Of a DNA stretch of 64,000 bases, positions 35,357-43,845 are shown piece after piece. The first letter of the stretch is position 1. Each line of letters starts with the position of its first letter. The notes beneath the pieces were generated by a model that had not been told where the DNA came from, did not search any database, and saw nothing but the letters and a program-made list of their open reading frames with translations. Origin of the DNA: a virus (lineage: Duplodnaviria; Caudoviricetes); IMG/VR virus record IMGVR_UViG_3300046784_000021, positions 4,794 to 68,793 of that record, one strand, 5' to 3'. The position numbers and the translations under genes are program-made.

Positions 35357-37389
35357 ATTTCGCGGACGACCCCGATCGCTTTATCCAACTCCGGGACATC
35401 CGTGCGGCTCAGGTCGCTGATATCGGCTCGTCGCTTCAGCTCTGCCCACACGTGCTGCACCATCGTCCCGTAATCGCCGCCCTGTGCGCGCAGCCGCTTT
35501 GCGGCGAGCTGGTTCACCACCTTGTTCAGGGATGCCCGGCGCGCCTTCGCCCTAGCCTCCCATGAGCCCACAGATGCGGACTGCCCCCGCTGCTCCGGCA
35601 CATCCGACGACGGCTGAGCGGAACCGAGACCGAACGAGACACCTGTGCGCTGCATCGCCTCCATGACCCTCAGTACGACACCCGGCGCATCGCCTGACTC
35701 CGCAGAGATCCTGTTCACCTGCTCGTGGTCGAACGTGCCAGAACCCGGCAGCAGAAACCCGGCCGCCTCGCCCGTCGCCCCCTGGAACTGGTCGCCGAAC
35801 AGACTGCCCTGACCGCCGCCCTCTCCACCCTTCTTCGGCTCACTGTCATCGTCGGCATCCAGCCACGCCATCACGCCGTCGCCGATTTCACGGGTCACCG
35901 CGCCGGCCAGCGCTTCGATACCCTCTCCCTTCGGGACGAACATGTACGCGGTTTGGTCAACGTCTTCCGGTAGATCCTCCCTGACGCGCACGAAGCGGCC
36001 GAGGACCTGCCGGAAGAACAACTCGGTGCGCTTGTTCGTGGCGTATACGCCGACGCGCAGCTGCGGGATGTCGACGCCCTCCGACACCATCGCTACAGCC
36101 ACGAGCCAGCGATCCCGGCTCTCCCCGAATGCCTTGATGACGCCTCGGGCCCGCTCGGAGCTGTCTAGGCCGTTGGAGTCCTTCGACGCGGCGACGGGCA
36201 CCTCCGGCACACCGGTGACGCGGGCGAGCACCTGCGCGGCGGCGTGCGCATGGTCGGTGTCGAGGCACACCACGAGACCCTTGGCACCCGGGTCACCCTC
36301 TGCTCGCACGGAGGCGAGTCGGGCGTCTGCCGCCCGCAGTGCGGCTTCCAGCCACTGGCCTGCGGGGTCGAGGACCATCCGGTCGGCCTTGCGCCGGAGG
36401 TTCTTGGCGAGCTTGTCCTGCGAGAGACGGACCGTGCGGTCCTTGAAGTCCTTCGCGTCGAACCATGAGACATCGCTGTCGTACATCTCGAAAACAGCTG
36501 GCCGGACGGGTGAGGGCTTCTCGGAGAGGGCAACGCCGTAGGAATAGTCGAACCCGGCTGGGAACGGGCCGAGACGATCATCATCGGTGAACCGCACCCA
36601 TCCGGCCTTCTCATGGCCAGACGGGTAATAGGCGGCAAACGGAATCCTCGCCTTGTCGCTGCGGAACGGCGTTCCGGACAGACTGAGCCTGCGCTCGCAC
36701 ACACTCAGCGCATCCTCGGCGGCCTTGCCCCACGCGCCCTCGTCACCGAGGTGATGGACCTCGTCGAGGATCACAAGGGTGCGTTTGCGGCTGTTCAGGA
36801 TCCGATGGTAGGTGGGGTTGGCCGCAAGCGAAGAGTAGGTGATCGCCCAGCCCTGCACGGGTTTCCCGTCCTTGGTGGCAATCTCTCCGCGCCACTCGTG
36901 TGCGAGCCGCTTATCGATCTTGTCGTTCATCGTCCCGGAGTCGATGAGGATGCCGTGCATCTTGAACGTGTTGGCCCACTGCGCACGCAAGGTGAAGTTG
37001 GGGACGACGATGAGGATGCGCTCGATGATGCCGTCACGGAGAAGGTCGGCTGCGACGAAGGTAGACGCGTGGGTCTTTCCCGCGCCAGGGCAGGCAACGC
37101 AGAGGAAGTCCGCGCCAGTGTGGGCGTGGTACTTGGCGATGAAGCGGTTCTGCCAGGCGCGGGGAGACAGGAGCATCGTCGAGCCTTTCTTTAGGTTGCA
37201 GGTGGAGCAGAGTGCTTGGCCGTTGATGACGTCGGTTGGGCCGCCTGCTGAATAGGGCGTGATGTGATCGGCGTGCCACCCGGGCCGGAGTTCGATGCCG
37301 CACTTTTCACAGCGTCCGTCGGCGGCGAGGTAAAGGGCGGCGCGCTCGGATGAGTTGAAGCGGCGTCTCGCAGGATCGGCGGCGGTCAC
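35341..37389 (-). CDS. HNH endonuclease fused to SF2 (Res-like) helicase
   Basis: N-terminal CEKC...HADHITPY...GGPT...NGQALCSTCN; ACPGAGKT, ILDEVHH, LSGTPFR, MVSEGVDIP, QVLGRFVR. Confidence 0.92.
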   Translation of the reverse strand: MTAADPARRRFNSSERAALYLAADGRCEKCGIELRPGWHADHITPYSAGGPTDVINGQALCSTCNLKKGSTMLLSPRAWQNRFIAKYHAHTGADFLCVACPGAGKTHASTFVAADLLRDGIIERILIVVPNFTLRAQWANTFKMHGILIDSGTMNDKIDKRLAHEWRGEIATKDGKPVQGWAITYSSLAANPTYHRILNSRKRTLVILDEVHHLGDEGAWGKAAEDALSVCERRLSLSGTPFRSDKARIPFAAYYPSGHEKAGWVRFTDDDRLGPFPAGFDYSYGVALSEKPSPVRPAVFEMYDSDVSWFDAKDFKDRTVRLSQDKLAKNLRRKADRMVLDPAGQWLEAALRAADARLASVRAEGDPGAKGLVVCLDTDHAHAAAQVLARVTGVPEVPVAASKDSNGLDSSERARGVIKAFGESRDRWLVAVAMVSEGVDIPQLRVGVYATNKRTELFFRQVLGRFVRVREDLPEDVDQTAYMFVPKGEGIEALAGAVTREIGDGVMAWLDADDDSEPKKGGEGGGQGSLFGDQFQGATGEAAGFLLPGSGTFDHEQVNRISAESGDAPGVVLRVMEAMQRTGVSFGLGSAQPSSDVPEQRGQSASVGSWEARAKARRASLNKVVNQLAAKRLRAQGGDYGTMVQHVWAELKRRADISDLSRTDVPELDKAIGVVREMWNSL

Positions 37390-37463
37390 CGGGTCGGACC
37401 ACTTCCGGAGGTGCTCCCGCTGTTGCCTCCGGGCGCGGGCAGGTTAGTGTTGTCCTGTGCCAT
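37386..37463 (-). CDS. 25-aa leader ORF coupled to HNH-helicase
   Basis: AGGAGG RBS; MAQDNTNLPAPGGNSGSTSGSGPTR; TGA overlaps helicase GTG (GTGA). Confidence 0.6.
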   Translation of the reverse strand: MAQDNTNLPAPGGNSGSTSGSGPTR

Positions 37464-37640
37464 GGAGCTTCTCCTCCTGGTCATTTGCCCTCCGCGGGGT
37501 CGTGGCAGATTTCCCGCGTGAGGGCGCACTCGTCTAAGGCGCGGATTGATGTCAATCCGACCACCCGTCAGATTACTCCGTTCGTGTGACGTACCTGCGT
37601 TCTCGTGCACAACTCAGTCAGTGCGGTGCGGATCTGACGT

Positions 37641-37684
37641 GCATGACGAAGCGCCCCGCCCCTGCCGAAGCAGAGACGGGGCGC
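37641..37684. terminator. Terminator after lysis cassette (boundary family)
   Basis: GCATGACGAAGCGCCCCG..CTGC-CGAA-GCAG..CGGGGCGC. Confidence 0.7.
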
Positions 37685-37692
37685 GCGCTGTG

Positions 37693-38319
37693 TCAGAGAC
37701 GGCGTCGGTCTGCGGGTAGTGCCGCCATGGACGGGCCCGGCTCGGGGTGAGAGGGCTTCGGGTCGTCAGCGGGTGGTGCTCCGTCTCGCCGGCACACCAG
37801 CGCGTCGGGATCCCAGCTCGGGGCCTGCAACGAGTAGCCGTCGGGGCAGGCAGGGCCGGGCGCTCCGTCCGCCCCGTCGGTTCCGTCCCGTCCGTCTTGG
37901 CCAGGTGGCCCGGCGGGTCCAGTTGGGCCGGGGACAGTCGAATCGCTGCCGGCCTTCCCAGCGGGGCCAGGAAACGTGGAGTCGTTGCCCGGTTCCCCTT
38001 TCGGTCCGCGGGGACCTTGAGGCCCGGCCGATGGTTCGGGTGTGGGGGCATCCGCGCCGGGCGGCCCACTGGGTCCACGGGGACCGCGGGGCCCGACCAC
38101 GGACTGGCCCGGTTCGCCGCGGCTGCCCGGCGGGCCGGCGACTGGCCTCCCGCCGAGCAGCTGCACCTGTCGCGCAAGCGAGTCCCGCGCCTGGTTCGCG
38201 GCGCGGAGGTCCTGGCTGAGGCCCTGCACTGTCAGGACCATCCACGTGAACCCGGCCAACGCCGCGGCTGTCACGACAGCGAACAGGAGATCGCCGCGCC
38301 GATGTGCGATTCCTTTCAT
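37693..38319 (-). CDS. Collagen-like repeat membrane protein of lysis cassette
   Basis: N-terminal TM, coiled coil, Gly-X-Y repeats. Confidence 0.85.
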   Translation of the reverse strand: MKGIAHRRGDLLFAVVTAAALAGFTWMVLTVQGLSQDLRAANQARDSLARQVQLLGGRPVAGPPGSRGEPGQSVVGPRGPRGPSGPPGADAPTPEPSAGPQGPRGPKGEPGNDSTFPGPAGKAGSDSTVPGPTGPAGPPGQDGRDGTDGADGAPGPACPDGYSLQAPSWDPDALVCRRDGAPPADDPKPSHPEPGPSMAALPADRRRL

Positions 38320-38663
38320 GCTCCCGCCCCCCGGGCGTTGAGGTACACGGTCAACAAAACCAGCAGCACCGGCGCGACCAACGCGGTGAAGAGCAGCCGA
38401 CGGTCAGCGGCCCGACGGTCCGCCAGGCGCTGATCCTCCCGCCGCCGGTTCTCCGCCTCCTGCTCGCGGGCCTCCTCCAGGCCCCTCACCCGCTCCAGCA
38501 GCAGCTTCACGGTCTCGTCCCGAGCCTGTTGCTCGAGCTGGTAGCGCTCCATGGACACTTTGGAGTCGAGCCGGGAGCCGATCTCGCGTATGTCTTCCTT
38601 CAGGTCCTGGCGCACGTTTTCGAGCCTGCGGCAGACTTCGCCCAGAGTCGGCTCCTCGGCCAT
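38316..38663 (-). CDS. Coiled-coil protein with C-terminal TM (lysis cassette)
   Basis: Position after holin; LLFTALVAPVLLVLLTVYL. Confidence 0.75.
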   Translation of the reverse strand: MAEEPTLGEVCRRLENVRQDLKEDIREIGSRLDSKVSMERYQLEQQARDETVKLLLERVRGLEEAREQEAENRRREDQRLADRRAADRRLLFTALVAPVLLVLLTVYLNARGAGA

Positions 38664-38680
38664 GTGGTGCTCCGCTTAGA

Positions 38681-38905
38681 TCAGATGGTGTGCGAGGCCG
38701 GGTCGGCGTCCGCGGGCAGCGTTGATGCGGTGCCCTTTCGGCCGACGTGTCCGGCTGCCCAGCCCTTCGCCGCCGCTGCGGCGAGGGCTATCGGCACCGC
38801 CCACCATGCGGGGAGGTCGGCGGCCTCGACGGCGACCAGGCCGAGCGCGGCCTGCACACCAGTCCACGCGGCGCGCTCGGCGAGGTCCAACAGAAGTGGA
38901 TTCAT
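38681..38905 (-). CDS. Holin
   Basis: LLDLAERAAWTGVQAALG, two TMs, directly after endolysin. Confidence 0.85.
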   Translation of the reverse strand: MNPLLLDLAERAAWTGVQAALGLVAVEAADLPAWWAVPIALAAAAAKGWAAGHVGRKGTASTLPADADPASHTI

Positions 38906-38908
38906 GGT

Positions 38909-39751
38909 TCAGTCCTTGACGTCGAAGCCGTGGCGCTTGCCCAGCTTGGTGAGGGAGGTCTTTCCGGGGATGCCGTCAGCTGCGGTCCCGGTGTAGCCGA
39001 GGCGGTGCTGCCACGCGGCGTAGGCCCGGACGGTGGCGGTGCCGAAATGCCCGTCCGCGAGGCGCTTCTCGAGGAGTCCTTCGGCGACGAGGGCCTGCTC
39101 GACGGTCTTCGTGCCCGAGTACGACACGGGGGTGCCGCTCTTCGGCGGGTCCTGGCGGGCGGCGGCGACGAGTCGGGAGAGATCCACCACGGGCCGCGGC
39201 GGCACCCGCGGGCGGGCGGGCTCGCTGGTCTGCGGCTGCTCGGCCGACTCGGGCCGTGGTGCGCCGGCCTGCACCCATGCGTACAGAGGTCCGCCGGGGC
39301 AGGCGGTGGCGTAGCCGTCGCGGTGGCCCTTGATCTCGTCCCCGGCGCCGTTGCGGCGGAGGAGGTCGATGCCGTCGCGGATCGCGTCGAGCATGGCGTC
39401 GGTGGGCTGGGTGAGCCCCTCGCTGCCGACGAGGCCGACGATGGCGTAGTGGGCGCGGTTGAGGTCCTGGTTGCCGTTGGCTCCGGTGCGGTGGCCGATG
39501 CCGCGGCCTTCGAGCAAGAATCCGTGTGGGCAGGCGGCGTAGTTGTACGCCACGTCGCTGTAGTTCTCGACGGTGTTGGCGAGGTGGCTCTTGCGGATCG
39601 CCTGCCACTCTCTGAGGCACAGGTCGTGGTCCTCGAGCAGCTCCCGGCTAACCGCCGTGCCCTCGTAGTGGACCTTGACACCGTGGGTGGTGGCTTGGAG
39701 CGGGGCGGCCGACGCGGGCCAGCCGAGATCCTCGCGGGTGATCAGCTTCAT
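38909..39751 (-). CDS. Endolysin: N-acetylmuramoyl-L-alanine amidase + peptidoglycan-binding domain
   Basis: VKVHY, DVAYNY, LEGRG, GHRD...TACPG; DGHFGTAT...AADGIPG. Confidence 0.9.
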   Translation of the reverse strand: MKLITREDLGWPASAAPLQATTHGVKVHYEGTAVSRELLEDHDLCLREWQAIRKSHLANTVENYSDVAYNYAACPHGFLLEGRGIGHRTGANGNQDLNRAHYAIVGLVGSEGLTQPTDAMLDAIRDGIDLLRRNGAGDEIKGHRDGYATACPGGPLYAWVQAGAPRPESAEQPQTSEPARPRVPPRPVVDLSRLVAAARQDPPKSGTPVSYSGTKTVEQALVAEGLLEKRLADGHFGTATVRAYAAWQHRLGYTGTAADGIPGKTSLTKLGKRHGFDVKD

Positions 39752-39975
39752 CGCGCTCTCCTTCGGGGCATGCGAAACGCCCCGGCCGGAGCGGCTCGGG
39801 GCGTGGGTCGGTCAGCTGTCTTGATGCCGGTGATGTGGGCGGCGAACCGGGCGTCACGGCTGTGCTGGCCTTCGGACGCTTTGGCGAACGCGAACACCAC
39901 ACCGTCGCGCTTGTGAGCGGCCCAGTCCTGGGGCGCTTGGTAGGCGGAAACGTCGATGCCGCGGCAAGTGGGCAT
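39748..39975 (-). pseudogene. Truncated GH25 muramidase
   Basis: GIDVSAYQ...DWAAH...FAFAKASEG GH25 N-terminus, only 75 aa, runs into a hairpin. Confidence 0.8.
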
Positions 39976-40084
39976 GTTCTCTCTCCCTACGGCCCCACCA
40001 GCGGGACCCGAACGAAGTAGATCCGCTTGAGCGGCCATCGACGCCCTGGGTGTGGCCGTACGGATCGCCTCCACCCATGGGCGC

Positions 40085-40132
40085 ACCTTTGAATCGTAGC
40101 TTCACGACGCGGACTTGCCTATGAATCGTAGG
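40085..40132. promoter_or_regulatory. Two copies of CCTWTGAATCGTAG motif upstream of lysis cassette
   Basis: 40085-40099 identical to 160-174; variant at 40118-40132. Confidence 0.55.
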
Positions 40133-40269
40133 CTGTGCAACCGTGTAGGCGGGTCGACTTCACGGTCCCGACCCAGGCGGCGGGCCCGGCCGTGCGGGTC
40201 CCGGCCCGCCGCTTCCACCCGCACAGGAAACCCGCACCCGCCCGCGCAACCCGCACAGGAGCAACGCCC

Positions 40270-40581
40270 ATGGCCGACGGCACCAACGGGTACGTCCCCA
40301 ACCGCATCCTCGCCGACGAAGGGCACCCGGAACCGTCCTCGGACGACGAGCTGAACCCGGTGCTCCCCGTACGTCTCGACCCGCGTCAGCCCGCCTACGA
40401 CGCCGCGTACGACTACATCCGCGCCCTCGGCGACTACCTGCCACCAGACCCGGCCCACCGCAATGCGGTCATCTGGCGAGCCGTCCACGCCGCGCTCGGT
40501 GCCACACCAGTCGGACGCTGCGAGTCGTCGCACTGCGTTGAAGGCGACCACATCCTTCCGACCGAAGGAGAGGTGTCATGA
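40270..40581 (+). CDS. Hypothetical protein, first gene of antisense operon
   Basis: CAGGAG RBS; ATGA coupled to next gene. Confidence 0.65.
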   Translation: MADGTNGYVPNRILADEGHPEPSSDDELNPVLPVRLDPRQPAYDAAYDYIRALGDYLPPDPAHRNAVIWRAVHAALGATPVGRCESSHCVEGDHILPTEGEVS

Positions 40582-40967
40582 CCGCGCTCGGCATCCTGCT
40601 CGCCCACCTAGCCGGGGACTACCTCATCCAGTCCGACTGGATGGCCAACGAGAAGACGAAGCGATGGCTCCCCGCATGGGCCCACGCCGTCACCTACGGG
40701 CTCCCGTACCTGCTCGTCACGCAGTCGCCGCTCGCGCTCGCCGTCATCGTCGTCACCCATGCGGTCATCGACCACTACCGACTCGCGCGGCACGTCGCCT
40801 GGGCGAAGAACTTCCTGGCACCGCGCAGTTGGTGGCATCCGTGGGCCGAGTGCTCGGCGACGGGTTACCACAAGGACCGCCCGGCATGGCTGACCGTCTG
40901 GCTGATGATCATCGCCGACAACACGATCCACCTCGCCATCAATACAGCCGCCATCGCGTGGCTCTGA
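40578..40967 (+). CDS. DUF3307-like membrane protein
   Basis: LAHLAGDYLIQSDWMA...HAVTY...THAVIDH. Confidence 0.85.
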   Translation: MTALGILLAHLAGDYLIQSDWMANEKTKRWLPAWAHAVTYGLPYLLVTQSPLALAVIVVTHAVIDHYRLARHVAWAKNFLAPRSWWHPWAECSATGYHKDRPAWLTVWLMIIADNTIHLAINTAAIAWL

Positions 40968-40981
40968 ACACCGGAGATCAC

Positions 40982-41935
40982 ATGAAGGTCCTCGTAACTG
41001 GCGGCAGCGGCTTCATCGCCTCATGGATCCGCCGCGAACTCACCGCCCGCGGCCACAGCGTCCTCGTCATGGACCACCAGGACCGCCGCCACCTACTTGG
41101 CGACGGCGAGGAGTTCTTCCTCGGGGACATCCGCGACGCAACCGCCGTGACCGAGGCCGCCGCGCACGCTGACGGCATCATCCACCTCGCCGCCGTCCTC
41201 GGCACCCAGGAGACGATCAGCAACCCACGCCCGTCGGCCGAGACCAACATTCTCGGCACCCTGAATGTCTTCGAAGCCGCCGCCCAGTACAACCTCCCCA
41301 CCGTCTACGCAGGTGTCGGAAACGCCTGGATGCGAGACATCGGCACCGGCTCATACACCATCAGCAAGACGGCGGCCGAGGACTACGCGAGGATGTTCAA
41401 CGCGTACCGCGGCGGCCGGATCAGCATCGTCCGCCCGGTGAACGCCTACGGTCCCGGTCAGTCCATCGCCGCCCCCTACGGCACGAGCCGCGTCCGAAAG
41501 ATCGCGCCCGCTTTCATTTGCCGTGCGCTGACCGGTGCGGATATCGAGGTGTACGGGGACGGCACCCAGGTCTCCGACTGCGTGTACGTGGAGGACGTCG
41601 CCCGCACCTTCGTCACCGCGCTGGAACACACCGACGTGAACGGGCCGACGGAGAAGCCGGTGGAGGTCGGGCCGCTGACCTCGGTCACTGTCAACGACAT
41701 CGCGAGTCTCGTCGCGGAGGAAGCCGCGCGGGTGACGGGCCGGGATCCGGTCGGGTTGAAGCATCTGCCGATGCGGCCGGGTGAGGTGCCCAACGCCGTC
41801 GTCAAGTCGGACACGTCCACGCTCGCGCAGATCGGTATGACGGCGGCGGACTTCGTGCCGCTGGACGAGGGCATCCGCCGCACCGTCGACTACTACAACG
41901 AGGCGTGGCTGCCGGGGTATCTGGAGGCGGCATGA
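40982..41935 (+). CDS. NAD-dependent sugar epimerase/dehydratase 1 (extended SDR)
   Basis: VLVTGGSGFI, HLAAVLG, YTISK (YxxxK), NAYGPGQ, YGDGTQVSDCVYVED. Confidence 0.93.
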   Translation: MKVLVTGGSGFIASWIRRELTARGHSVLVMDHQDRRHLLGDGEEFFLGDIRDATAVTEAAAHADGIIHLAAVLGTQETISNPRPSAETNILGTLNVFEAAAQYNLPTVYAGVGNAWMRDIGTGSYTISKTAAEDYARMFNAYRGGRISIVRPVNAYGPGQSIAAPYGTSRVRKIAPAFICRALTGADIEVYGDGTQVSDCVYVEDVARTFVTALEHTDVNGPTEKPVEVGPLTSVTVNDIASLVAEEAARVTGRDPVGLKHLPMRPGEVPNAVVKSDTSTLAQIGMTAADFVPLDEGIRRTVDYYNEAWLPGYLEAA

Positions 41936-42237
41936 GCCAGGGAGAGGTGAGCGCCTACGTCGGGGGCCGCATCCATGCCGCTCGCAAGATGCGCGGCGTG
42001 ACGGCCCAAGCGCTCGCCGATGCGATCACTGGGCGTGGCTACGCAGCGCACCGCGCGACGATCGCGAAGATCGAGAATGGCATTCAGGAGAAGGTCCCTG
42101 TAGACGTCGTCGTACATGCCGCGCGAGTGCTCCAAGTGCCCGTTCTGTCGCTGCTTTCGGACGGTCCGTGGTGCAGCGCCTGCGGGGACGATCCGCCAGT
42201 GGGCTTCGCCTGCAGGAGCTGTGGGGCGGAAGCATGA
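41932..42237 (+). CDS. XRE HTH + C-terminal CxxC/CxxC protein, copy 1
   Basis: RIHAARKMRGVTAQALAD...IAKIENG; CSAC...CRSC. Confidence 0.8.
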   Translation: MSQGEVSAYVGGRIHAARKMRGVTAQALADAITGRGYAAHRATIAKIENGIQEKVPVDVVVHAARVLQVPVLSLLSDGPWCSACGDDPPVGFACRSCGAEA

Positions 42238-43244
42238 GGTGCCACTTCTGGTCCGCCGACATGGCAGGCAGCGCCTTTTACAGGGCCGTCATGCCCGCCA
42301 TGGCCCTGTCCTGGCTCGGCCACACCGCCACCCACGGCGTCCGCCTCCCACCCAACTGGGCCAGCTACGACACGATCGTCGGCTGCCGCGTCGCCCAGGT
42401 CGACCCGTCCCGGACGTGGCTGAAGCTCAAGGACGAGGGCAAGAGGTTGCTGCTCGACCTCGACGACGACTACTTCCACATCGACCCGTCGAACGTCGAC
42501 GCCCGCCAAGTCTGGGACGTGGAGATGCTCGGCCGGCTCGCCCACAACATGCAGCTCGCCGACCTAGTCACCTGCTGCTCCGAGCCCCTCGCCGAGGTGC
42601 TCCGGAACTATGCACCGACCGTCACGGTGATCCCGAACGGGCTGCCCGCCCAGTACCTCGGCCACCCGCGGGACTACCAGGCGGAGGGCCGGCCGCTGTA
42701 CGTCGGCTGGGCCGGCACGAGCAGCACGGTGGCAGAGCTCCCGGAGGCGGTCCGTGCACTGAACCGCATCGCGCAGTACCCGCGGGCGGGTGGGGTGATG
42801 GTGCGGCTGGTCGGTATCGGCCCGAAGCAGGCCATGGGGCTCGGTCTGCAGGGCCGGCAGATCGGGGCGCTGGGTTGGGTGGAGCGGATCGAGCACTACC
42901 TGCATGCGGTCGGGGAGTTCGACGTGTGGTGCGCGCCGTACAGGTCGACGCCGTTCAACGAGGCGAAGTTCCCGACGAAGTGGTTGGAGTCGTCGGTCTT
43001 CGGGATCCCGTTGATCGCCTCCGACATCGAGCCGTATCGCAGGGTGATCCGGCATGGGGAGAACGGGTTCCTGGTGAAGCGTGAGCACGAGTGGGGGAAG
43101 TACCTGAAGCTCCTCGCGGATGATCCCGGCCTGCGGCAGCGGGTGGGGATGGCGGCGCGGGATGAGGCGTCGGGGTCGATCATGCAGGCGCTGCACCACC
43201 GGTGGGAGGCCGCCGTGCAGGTGCCTGCGGAGGTGGCGGCGTGA
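42234..43244 (+). CDS. Glycosyltransferase (GT-B fold, GT4-like)
   Basis: VTVIPNG, VGWAGT, FNEAKFPTKWLESSVFGIPLIASDIEPY...IRHGENGFLV. Confidence 0.88.
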   Translation: MRCHFWSADMAGSAFYRAVMPAMALSWLGHTATHGVRLPPNWASYDTIVGCRVAQVDPSRTWLKLKDEGKRLLLDLDDDYFHIDPSNVDARQVWDVEMLGRLAHNMQLADLVTCCSEPLAEVLRNYAPTVTVIPNGLPAQYLGHPRDYQAEGRPLYVGWAGTSSTVAELPEAVRALNRIAQYPRAGGVMVRLVGIGPKQAMGLGLQGRQIGALGWVERIEHYLHAVGEFDVWCAPYRSTPFNEAKFPTKWLESSVFGIPLIASDIEPYRRVIRHGENGFLVKREHEWGKYLKLLADDPGLRQRVGMAARDEASGSIMQALHHRWEAAVQVPAEVAA

Positions 43245-43660
43245 ACGGGCTGGTGGAGTTTCTGCGGGCCCGGTACGCGGAGGCGCGGGCGCGCGAAAAC
43301 GGCAAGCGGCGCGCGATCCCAAGCCCCTTTGACGGGCACGAGGTAGAAATCCGCTACAGCTCGGATCAGGGCCAAGAGGTCATCGTCGACGGGCACCCGT
43401 ATCCGGCTGAACAGTACTTCGAGATCGCGACGGAGCCTGCCCCAGATCCAGACGTCCTCGCCGACCTGGACGCCAAGCTCGCCATCCTCGACGAGCACCC
43501 GGACGTCAACGACGGCGACTGCGGCACCTGTGTCAACGGACGGTGGGGCTACCCCACCCATGGCGGGAGCAGCCCGCAACGCTTCCCCTGCCGCACGATG
43601 CGCCACCTCGCTGCCCCGTCCGCCGCGCACCCAGACTACGACGAGAGGTGGCGACCGTGA
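43241..43660 (+). CDS. DUF6221-like protein, copy 2
   Basis: LVEFLRARY...VLADLDAKLAILDEH...AAHPDYDERWRP. Confidence 0.8.
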   Translation: MNGLVEFLRARYAEARARENGKRRAIPSPFDGHEVEIRYSSDQGQEVIVDGHPYPAEQYFEIATEPAPDPDVLADLDAKLAILDEHPDVNDGDCGTCVNGRWGYPTHGGSSPQRFPCRTMRHLAAPSAAHPDYDERWRP

Positions 43661-43845
43661 CCGGGCCCGAGCACTACCGCGAAGCCGAGCACCTCCTCGG
43701 CCGCTGCCTCGACTTCGGGCACGGCGAGCAGCGGCAGGCCCTCGCAGTCGAAGCGACCGCGCACTTCCTCGCCGCGCTCGTCGCGATCCTCGCCGAGGAC
43801 AAGTTCGCCGAACGCGTCTCCTGGCAGAAGGCGGTCGGCTGGTGA
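43657..43845 (+). CDS. Small hypothetical protein
   Basis: VTGPEHYREAEHLL; GTGA coupled on both sides. Confidence 0.65.
   Translation: MTGPEHYREAEHLLGRCLDFGHGEQRQALAVEATAHFLAALVAILAEDKFAERVSWQKAVGW

Noticed and set aside
37693-38319. Collagen-like repeats as a novelty
   Set aside because: Common in Streptomyces phage lysis cassettes
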